From NCBI GenBank assembly GCA_965140585.1, contig OZ223272.1:128001-192000 (forward strand): a stretch of DNA of 64,000 nt, in the 5' to 3' direction. The position numbers and the translations under genes were made by a program. The stretch comes from Spirochaetia bacterium. Lineage in GTDB: Bacteria > Spirochaetota > Spirochaetia > UBA9216. Of the stretch, positions 17,738 to 25,243 are shown in pieces. The notes below the pieces were generated by a model. That model ran no database searches and was not told the DNA's origin. It worked only from the letters and a program-made list of their open reading frames with translations. Position 1 is the stretch's first letter; each line of letters begins with the position of its first letter.

Positions 17738-18115
17738 ATGTTTAAAGGCCAATTGAAACCATTTGACTATATTATTGCCGCGGTTTCTGTTCTTGCTATC
17801 GTACTTCTTTCGATTATGATCTACACGGACAACTCCTCGGCAGCCAGACTCATTATTGACAGTGATGAAGGTCAGTATATCTACCCCCTTGATAGGGATG
17901 CGGAATTTGATATTGAAGGACCGATCGGGCATTCGCACATTGTGATAAAAGACGGTAAAGCCAGTATTTCAGACTCGCCGTGTGAAGATAAGCTCTGTGT
18001 ACTCATGGGTGATATTTCCAAGCCGGGACACTGGGCAGCATGCCTGCCCAACAGAATATTCATTTCGATTGAAGGAGGTTCTCAGGATGAAGAAATCGAC
18101 GATCTCAGTTACTGA
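17738..18115 (+). CDS. NusG domain II (DUF1312 / EetA-like) membrane protein
   Basis: N-terminal TM; GPIG, SPCEDKLCV..G.I, ACLPNR; start placed at ATG 17738. Confidence 0.85.
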   Translation: MFKGQLKPFDYIIAAVSVLAIVLLSIMIYTDNSSAARLIIDSDEGQYIYPLDRDAEFDIEGPIGHSHIVIKDGKASISDSPCEDKLCVLMGDISKPGHWAACLPNRIFISIEGGSQDEEIDDLSY

Positions 18116-19232
18116 TACTGCCATCCTTGCAGCCTTCTGCATGTTTCTCTCTGTTATTGAATACTTGATCCCCAAACCAATGCCCTTCATGCGGCTTGGA
18201 CTTGCAAATCTGCCGATTCTGATTTCACTTGGAGTTTTCCCGGTTTCGGGAGTTTTTCTTCTGGCCCTGCTGAAGATTCTCGGGCAGGGACTGATAAACG
18301 GGACACTTTTTTCATATATCTTTCTGTTCTCAGCAGCCGGAACATTTGCCAGCACAGCAGTCATGCTTATAGTTTTCTATGTACTGAAAAAGCGGGTTTC
18401 CTATGTAGGTATAAGCATTGCAGGGGCAATGGCTTCAAATGCAGTACAGCTGCTGTTTGCACGGGCCGTCATTTTCGGACAGGCTGCTGTACTTATTGCG
18501 CCGCCCTTTCTTGCGGTGGGCCTTGCTACATCGATACTGCTTGGACTGTTCACAGCCAGGTTTACAGCTGTATCGGAGTGGTATGCCGGTTTTTCTGCCG
18601 GAAGCCTGAAAGCAGCTGATATTGAAATATCTGTTAATAAATCACATTATCCGAAGTTCAAATTCATCTGCGGGCTTATAATGATCCCGGCTTTTGTTTT
18701 TCAGCCGAATCTGCTGCTGATCACTTTCGAGGCTGTATTATTCATGATTCTTTCAGGTATATCTGGAAAAAGGATACGTCTTCTGCCGAATATTATCATG
18801 CTGGCAGGTATTACTGCGGCAAACCTTATAACGCCTATCGGTTATGTACTGGCCGAAATAGGTCCTGTAAAAATCACAGCGGGAGCACTGGCATCGGGGC
18901 TGCAGAAATCCTTCATGCTGATCGGACTCATATACATCTCACGGTACTCAATCAGGCAGGGGCTGAGCTTTCCCGGACGGATAGGCAGCCTTGTCTCTCT
19001 TGTATTCTACTATTTTGAACGGATTACCGAGGGCGAAAGGCTTGGAAAGGAAGGTCTTTTCTCAAAACTTGATCAGAAGATCCTGGCACTCTACAGCGCC
19101 GGAAACAAGACTGGAGCCTCAGATACAAAAAAACCGGGAGCAAAAGCCCCCGGATATATATTTTCAATTATTCTGATACTGATTATATGGTTCCTGCTGT
19201 TTGCAGGTGTAATCATCAATAGCGGTATCTGA
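18087..19232 (+). CDS. Gx transporter (HepS/EetB-like) with C-terminal EcfT-like TM extension
   Basis: IEYLIPKPMPFMRLGLAN, SIAGAMASNAVQL; extra ~190 aa TM region with ITAGALASG; ATG 18087 after AAGGAGG. Confidence 0.8.
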   Translation: MKKSTISVTDTAILAAFCMFLSVIEYLIPKPMPFMRLGLANLPILISLGVFPVSGVFLLALLKILGQGLINGTLFSYIFLFSAAGTFASTAVMLIVFYVLKKRVSYVGISIAGAMASNAVQLLFARAVIFGQAAVLIAPPFLAVGLATSILLGLFTARFTAVSEWYAGFSAGSLKAADIEISVNKSHYPKFKFICGLIMIPAFVFQPNLLLITFEAVLFMILSGISGKRIRLLPNIIMLAGITAANLITPIGYVLAEIGPVKITAGALASGLQKSFMLIGLIYISRYSIRQGLSFPGRIGSLVSLVFYYFERITEGERLGKEGLFSKLDQKILALYSAGNKTGASDTKKPGAKAPGYIFSIILILIIWFLLFAGVIINSGI

Positions 19233-19842
19233 ATCCGCCTCCGCCCATAAAGCCGCCGCTTACCGGAATCACAGAGTCAAATTCCCATGCTCCGCCGTAA
19301 CCGATTTCAACAGGAATTGAAAAGTGATCAAAAAGTACCACCTCAAAACCCACGCCAACGGCAAGAGCCGCACCGGGCATAAATGTCGGAGAGGATTCCC
19401 CGCTGTACTTGTATGCAGTAAATGTTTCAGTACTGTTGGCAGGGTCTTCCACAAAGGATATTTCTGCACCAACTGTTCCTATATGAGTCAGGTTTCCGAA
19501 AAGATAAAGCGCTCCGGCAAGCCAGTCGTCATATGAATCTTCATAAAGCATGTAGAACACTTCAGCACCGAGATTATATGTCAGTATATCTGCAGTAGTT
19601 GAAGAGCCGTCATCTGAATATGCATTATCAGCATATCCGTCATAATACATAAATCCGCCTGTAATCTGGTAGCCTAGGCGTCCATTCCAGTCCTGAAAGC
19701 TTATCCCCATCATTCCAATAGAATTTGCGTAAAACCCCAGTGACTGATCGTATTTATCAAACACATTTTCTTCTTCAGCGAACACAAAGACTCCGCTTAT
19801 CAGCAGCAGAACAAGAAGTAAGGCCAATTTTTTAACTTTCAT
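19216..19842 (-). CDS. Secreted protein, probable small outer-membrane beta-barrel
   Basis: Signal peptide, alternating G/aromatic strands, C-terminal GGFRYRY. Confidence 0.55.
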   Translation of the reverse strand: MKVKKLALLLVLLLISGVFVFAEEENVFDKYDQSLGFYANSIGMMGISFQDWNGRLGYQITGGFMYYDGYADNAYSDDGSSTTADILTYNLGAEVFYMLYEDSYDDWLAGALYLFGNLTHIGTVGAEISFVEDPANSTETFTAYKYSGESSPTFMPGAALAVGVGFEVVLFDHFSIPVEIGYGGAWEFDSVIPVSGGFMGGGGFRYRY

Positions 19843-19877
19843 CTCTGTCTTTCTCCATATTTTTTATACTAAGTGTC

Positions 19878-20222
19878 TTACGGCGCCAGCTCATCGGGGC
19901 GCCGCTCCGGAATACTGCCCGGTTCAGCTCCGCTTTTTATAAAATCTTCAGACATGTAAAGTGCGCAGTAACAGTGCCCGTACTCTTTAATATCGTCGGC
20001 ACAATACGAACATGGGCAGATTACATCCCTGTCTTTTTCTCTCTCACCCCAGGCCTCTCGGCAGGGGCACTGAAAATATCCGTAACGGTTATAATTAACC
20101 AGCAGCCCCTCTGCAATAGACAGGTGAAAATCCTCTTCAGGATTCACTGCCCAGCCGTGCATGGAGGCAGCATTACGGGTAAACTTAACAACATCATCGA
20201 GATTCATTTCCTTTTTAGCCAT
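19878..20222 (-). CDS. Ferredoxin:thioredoxin reductase catalytic-subunit homologue
   Basis: CPCR, ICPC, HCYCALY motifs. Confidence 0.9.
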   Translation of the reverse strand: MAKKEMNLDDVVKFTRNAASMHGWAVNPEEDFHLSIAEGLLVNYNRYGYFQCPCREAWGEREKDRDVICPCSYCADDIKEYGHCYCALYMSEDFIKSGAEPGSIPERRPDELAP

Positions 20223-20521
20223 CAGGCGCCCAGCTCCTTTTCCCAGTCGGCCTGTTTGAAACCCGAAATGTAATGATCATCGTTAACTATAAGAAAAGGA
20301 TAGAGAATATCAGGTGTAAATCTCTTTTTAATCTCATTCTTAATCTTCATTCTCTCATCCCTGTCCAGTTTATCCACATCCACAAAATGATAGGCATAAT
20401 TCCCTTCATTCAGAAAAGTCTTCGCCTTTCTGCAGAATCCGCATGTTGAGAGCCCCAGGAAAACAAGCTCCTTATCATTCTTCTCACCTTCAACTCTTGT
20501 AAAATCATTCAAATCCATCAT
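20222..20521 (-). CDS. Glutaredoxin-like protein
   Basis: LSTCGFCRKAK, YP..IV...ISGF; TGATG coupling to the FTR gene. Confidence 0.88.
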   Translation of the reverse strand: MMDLNDFTRVEGEKNDKELVFLGLSTCGFCRKAKTFLNEGNYAYHFVDVDKLDRDERMKIKNEIKKRFTPDILYPFLIVNDDHYISGFKQADWEKELGA

Positions 20522-20619
20522 TGATGTAATATACCTCTCTTTATTATTATTTCAAAACCGCTGAAGCATTTTTATGGATATCCCATTAAGCATATCATGC
20601 TATCCACCCAAAAAATACT

Positions 20620-22095
20620 TTAGTTTACATTATCTGAAATAATATTCAGAGTATCAAGGCTCGAATCTGCCGGACCGTGAAAGTGTCTTTTTCCAGCCTT
20701 AAGCTGCTTTATAAACTCAAAGATCTCATCTGTCATCACCTCACCCGGATAAATCACAGGAATTCCCGGCGGATAGGGAGCTATCATCTCTCCCAAAACA
20801 GCACCCCTCGCCTGCTCAAATGAAACCTGCTTTTTCGGAGAAAACCAGGCCTTTCGCGGAGTAAGAACTGCTTCCGGGATTTCGGGCACAACAGTCTTTT
20901 CTGCACTGCCCTTCTGCCTTTTTATCTGCGGATCAGATGCAATATTTTTTAATGCACCTACAAAAACCTCAGCCTCCTTCCTGCTGCTATAAGGGCTCAC
21001 TATGGCCAGAATATTTGCATCATCAGCGTATTCAACATCTATCCGGTAATCATCCCAGAGGATTCTGCGCATATCATATCCGTTTATTCCGGAAGCAGCT
21101 GTATTGATGATTACCCTGCATGGATCCATAGCAGTAATCCCCCTGCTGCCTGTCATCTCCATAGATATAAACTTGAACACACCAGAGCTTTTAATCTGTT
21201 CCTTAATAAATTCAGAATTTTCACAGGCAAAATCCCAATCCGCTTCGCCTGAATGCTGCAGCTGCCAACGGGCGGCATCGATACTGATCATAAGAGGGTA
21301 CGATGGGCTTGTGCTCTGAGTCATTCGAAGAGCTGAGTTCAGCCGTTCATATGATAGATTGGAATTTTCTGCAAGATGAAGTATAGAAGCCTGAGTCATG
21401 GCTCCCGCAGTCTTGTGAATGCTCTGGACACATGCGTCTGAGCCTAGCTCAAGGGCTCCGGCGGGCATTCTGCTGCTGAAGTAATAATGAACCCCGTGAG
21501 CCTCATCTACAAGCACAGGAATGCCTTTTTTATGGACAATATCTGTAATACCCTTTAAATCACTGCAGAAGCCGTGGTAGGTGGGACTTAGGGCAAATAC
21601 GGCCTTAGAGTCAGGATTGGCATCAAGTGCGGTCTTTACCGTCTGCGGAAGCATTCCGCAGTAGAGACTGAACTCTGCATCATATTCAGGCTTCACATAT
21701 ACCGGCTCAGCTCCGGAGAATATCAGCCCGTACATCACAGATTTATGAGAGTTTCGGGGGATGATGATTTTCTCACCTTCACCGGCGGCAGCCATAATCA
21801 TCGATTCGTTTCCGCAGCTTGAACCGTTAATCAGAAAAAAACTGTGTCCGGCTCTGAAGGCTTCCGCGGCAAGTCTCTGAGCTTCCGCTATAGCAGCTTC
21901 AGGACTGTGCAGGTCATCTGTCAGCGGGGTTTCTGTAAGGTCAAGCCTGAAAAACCCTGCTTCTGCAGCCCTGCTGAAGGGTTCAGGGATACCTCTTTCC
22001 GCCCGGTGCCCGGGAATACGGAAACTTGCCTTAACTTCACTGGAATATCTGTCTGCAGCCCGGAGGACCGGAATATCTTTATAATCATCAGCCAT
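20620..22095 (-). CDS. PLP-dependent Orn/Lys/Arg decarboxylase
   Basis: PGH, NGSS, RNSHKS, DEAHG, QSIHKT, STSPSYP, PYPPGIP. Confidence 0.9.
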   Translation of the reverse strand: MADDYKDIPVLRAADRYSSEVKASFRIPGHRAERGIPEPFSRAAEAGFFRLDLTETPLTDDLHSPEAAIAEAQRLAAEAFRAGHSFFLINGSSCGNESMIMAAAGEGEKIIIPRNSHKSVMYGLIFSGAEPVYVKPEYDAEFSLYCGMLPQTVKTALDANPDSKAVFALSPTYHGFCSDLKGITDIVHKKGIPVLVDEAHGVHYYFSSRMPAGALELGSDACVQSIHKTAGAMTQASILHLAENSNLSYERLNSALRMTQSTSPSYPLMISIDAARWQLQHSGEADWDFACENSEFIKEQIKSSGVFKFISMEMTGSRGITAMDPCRVIINTAASGINGYDMRRILWDDYRIDVEYADDANILAIVSPYSSRKEAEVFVGALKNIASDPQIKRQKGSAEKTVVPEIPEAVLTPRKAWFSPKKQVSFEQARGAVLGEMIAPYPPGIPVIYPGEVMTDEIFEFIKQLKAGKRHFHGPADSSLDTLNIISDNVN

Positions 22096-22163
22096 ATTGT
22101 CACCTCAGGCGTATTCTGCATTTTATTGGATGTTTTGTACATTATTGCATCAGGCATGCTTAT

Positions 22164-22207
22164 AAAAAAGAGACCGGCGGAAGAACAAAACTTGCTCATC
22201 CGCCGGT
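22164..22207 (-). terminator. Intrinsic terminator downstream of degP
   Basis: ACCGGCGGA...TCCGCCGGT stem with a U-tract on the minus strand. Confidence 0.6.
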
Positions 22208-22319
22208 ATATTTAGAAGGAGAATTAATGAAACCCGGGCGCCCCGTTAAGGAGAAAACTGTATGGAGGGGGACGGGCCGCCCGAAAAAACTATATAAAAC
22301 ACTGTCCTTGTGTGTTTTC

Positions 22320-23783
22320 CTAATCCTTGACTATCCCGATGATAGCCTCTCTGTTACCGCGGTAAACTCTCAGCATTACTTCAGAATCTTCAGAATCATT
22401 CATTTTGCTGTAGAACTCGCCAAGGTCCTTAATCCGGTCATTGTCAACTCGGAGTATAATATCCCCTGTCCTGAGTCCGGCTGTTTCTGCAGGGCTTCCC
22501 TTTGTAACATTGGCAACAACGACGCTTCCCTTTTTGGTATCAAGATTCAGTGACTGTCTGACTTCATCTGTTGCTTCAACTACTGTCAGTCCGGGCCACA
22601 CATTTATGCTTCCATCATCCGCAATGTTCTTCTCATCATCACGTCTGCCGATCTTAAGACTGACATTCTGTTTCTTGCCGTCCCTGTAAAGTTCGAAAGT
22701 AGTCCATCTGTCGGGTTCAAGGTTTCCGATAATCTTTACAAGGTCGTTCCTGTTGCTTACTTCTCTGTTGTTTACCTTTGTTATAAAATCGCCTGGAAGA
22801 AGACCGCCATCCTCAGCAGGGGAATTAATAAATACATCATTTATGAAGGCTCCGTCTATTCCTTTGAGGTCAAGACTGTTCTTGCTGTCGTCGCTAATAT
22901 CTCTTACATTTACACCGAGCCATCCGTAGGTCACGCTGCCTGATTCAATGAAATCATTGATAGCCTTCTTGGCGTTATTGATAGGTATTGCGAATCCAAG
23001 CCCCTGGCTTCCGCCGGACTGGGTAGCAATCCATGAATTGACGCCGATAACCTCACCTTTCAGGTTTACAAGCGCTCCGCCGCTGTTGCCCGGGTTGATA
23101 GCTGCATCAGTCTGGATATAGTCTGTAAAGCTTCCGCCCTGAATTATCTCATCAGACTCCCGGCCTACAGCGCTGACGATGCCCGCGGTAAATGTAGATT
23201 CAAAACCCATGGGATTTCCGACCGCAAACACCCAGTCACCTACATAGAGTTCATCTGAATCTCCGAGGACTGCGACAGGAAGGTCTTCCCTGGTTTCAAT
23301 TTTAATAAGAGCAAGGTCCCGTCTCGGATCACTTCCGACAAGTTCCGCGTCGTATTCACGGCCGTCATATAGAGTGACCTGAATCTCATCCGCACCGTTG
23401 ACAACATGGTGATTTGTAAGAATATATCCCTTGCTGCCGTCATGCCGTACAATTACACCGGACCCCAGGCCCTGCTGTCTGTATTCACGTGGCTGAATGT
23501 TCTGATTGTTCTGGTCCTGATTACCGAAGAAAAAATTAAAGGCATCAGGAAGAGCCTGAGTCTTAACGACATTTACAACATTCACTTCCACGACTACCGG
23601 CAGAGTCTCACTCGCAACGTCTCTGAAACTCTGCTGATAGGCCGCAGCCACATCATAACTGGAAGTTGAACTGCTGCCGACCGAGCCGGTTCTCTGTGCA
23701 AAGACTGTTCCAGCAGAAACCAGACTTATAAGTATCACTGCTGAAACAATAAAAAGTTTTTTGTTTCCTTTTCTGTTTTCCAT
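22320..23783 (-). CDS. degP: DegP/HtrA periplasmic serine protease with 2 PDZ domains
   Basis: GSGVI, LTNHHV, DLAL, QTDAAINPGNSGG; start placed at ATG 23783 after AGGAG. Confidence 0.92.
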   Translation of the reverse strand: MENRKGNKKLFIVSAVILISLVSAGTVFAQRTGSVGSSSTSSYDVAAAYQQSFRDVASETLPVVVEVNVVNVVKTQALPDAFNFFFGNQDQNNQNIQPREYRQQGLGSGVIVRHDGSKGYILTNHHVVNGADEIQVTLYDGREYDAELVGSDPRRDLALIKIETREDLPVAVLGDSDELYVGDWVFAVGNPMGFESTFTAGIVSAVGRESDEIIQGGSFTDYIQTDAAINPGNSGGALVNLKGEVIGVNSWIATQSGGSQGLGFAIPINNAKKAINDFIESGSVTYGWLGVNVRDISDDSKNSLDLKGIDGAFINDVFINSPAEDGGLLPGDFITKVNNREVSNRNDLVKIIGNLEPDRWTTFELYRDGKKQNVSLKIGRRDDEKNIADDGSINVWPGLTVVEATDEVRQSLNLDTKKGSVVVANVTKGSPAETAGLRTGDIILRVDNDRIKDLGEFYSKMNDSEDSEVMLRVYRGNREAIIGIVKD

Positions 23784-23878
23784 TTTTCGCTCCTGTTTAT
23801 TGGCTGACATTTCAGAAGTTCGCTGCTTCAACATCAACCTGCAGTGTTAATTTCTGATGATAAGTTATAACAGTAACC

Positions 23879-23915
23879 TTACACCAGCATTGCAGAAACA
23901 TTACAATTTAGTAAT
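23879..23915. promoter_or_regulatory. Putative OmpR-family response-regulator box upstream of degP
   Basis: TTACA-N6-TTGCA-N6-TTACA (11-bp period) plus ATTAC-N6-GTAAT. Confidence 0.55.
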
Positions 23916-23926
23916 AATCAGGGAAT

Positions 23927-25243
23927 ATGAATCAGAATAAATTGAATCTTGCACAAAAAGTACCTTTCTATTACGGCTGGATAGTAGTTCCGGTAGCAGT
24001 TATAGGTGTAATAATGACACTTCCCGGCCAGACCGCCGGATTCAGCGCATTTACTGAGCCTGTTCTGGCTCTATCGGGACTGGGACGAACCCAGCTTTCC
24101 TTCACATATATGGCCGGAACCATAACAAGCGGCTTCATACTTCCCTTTATGGGACCGCTGCTGGACCGTTTCGGAGCCCGATATTTCATGGGTTTTGCGA
24201 CGATAGGGCTCGGACTGGTGCTCTTTCTTTTAAGCCGTATTGATGTAAACGCAGCATGGCTCATGGGAGTCTTCCCTGATGCGCCTTCAGCTCTAATCTA
24301 TATTATCCTCCTTGTCCCCGGACTTTTCGGTATAAGATTCTTCGGACAGGGCCTTATGAGTATGACCTCAAATACAATGGTATCAAGATGGTTCAGCAGA
24401 TCCAGAGGAAAGGCAATTGCGGTTGTAGGCGTATTCAACAGCCTGGCCTTCGCCTCTGCTCCGGCAGTGCTAAATTCGATAGTTAATGCAGCAGGCTGGA
24501 AAAACGCATGGATGCTTCTTGCAATAACAGTCGGACTGGGAATGACAATGCTTGCTCTGCTTTTCTACCGGGACAGTCCGGAAGCCTGCGGGATACATGT
24601 TGAGGGTTCAAGCGACAGTAACCCGCTTGTGATTGACGGAACACCGCTTAAGCAGGCTCTCCGGACAAGAGCTTTCTGGGTGATTGCTGCTGCAGTGTCA
24701 ATCCATTCCTTTGTCTTCACCGGAATAACCTTTCATATTCAGGCTCTGGGAATTCAGTCGGGCTTATCCATTGAAAAAACAGTTTCCATATTTCTGCCTA
24801 TTTCATTCATCTCAATTCCGCTGAGTTTTCTGGGCTCATGGCTCAGCGACAGAATAAAGATCAAATATATTGTATTTTTTATGCTTGCAGGACAGATAAT
24901 CGGATTTGTATCGCTTTTCTTTTTCAATACATCCGCAGGATTTATTATGGCTATTGTCGGGCTTGGAATCGGTTCATCCATGTTCGGCCCTGTTAATGCA
25001 ACTGCCATGCCCGCCTATTTCGGAAGAAAGCATCTGGGCTCTATTAACGGAGTGCTGGTATCGGCCGGTGTTATTGCAAGCTCGCTGGGGCCGGTTTTTA
25101 TGTCTTTTATCAACGATATGACCGGAGCGCTCAGATACGGAGCTGTTATTGCCTCAGTGCTGCCTGTAATAGTGCTGTTTCTTGCGCTCGGGATGGAAAA
25201 TCAGCCTCGTTCAGATGCTCCGCTCAGACAGGGAGACCGGTAA
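23927..25243 (+). CDS. MFS transporter (OFA-like)
   Basis: FYYGW, GPLLDRFGAR, RWFSRSRG, YFGRKHLG; about 12 TMs. Confidence 0.88.
   Translation: MNQNKLNLAQKVPFYYGWIVVPVAVIGVIMTLPGQTAGFSAFTEPVLALSGLGRTQLSFTYMAGTITSGFILPFMGPLLDRFGARYFMGFATIGLGLVLFLLSRIDVNAAWLMGVFPDAPSALIYIILLVPGLFGIRFFGQGLMSMTSNTMVSRWFSRSRGKAIAVVGVFNSLAFASAPAVLNSIVNAAGWKNAWMLLAITVGLGMTMLALLFYRDSPEACGIHVEGSSDSNPLVIDGTPLKQALRTRAFWVIAAAVSIHSFVFTGITFHIQALGIQSGLSIEKTVSIFLPISFISIPLSFLGSWLSDRIKIKYIVFFMLAGQIIGFVSLFFFNTSAGFIMAIVGLGIGSSMFGPVNATAMPAYFGRKHLGSINGVLVSAGVIASSLGPVFMSFINDMTGALRYGAVIASVLPVIVLFLALGMENQPRSDAPLRQGDR

Noticed and set aside
17558-18086. Upstream extensions of the NusG-II (17558) and Gx transporter (17982) ORFs
   Set aside because: They overlap neighbouring real genes; better-supported starts exist at 17738 and 18087
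22227-22553. Plus-strand 108-aa ORF preceded by an SD-like AAGGAGA
   Set aside because: Mostly antisense to degP with no recognisable family; the SD-like motif is better explained as the complement of the 3'UTR CU-rich motif
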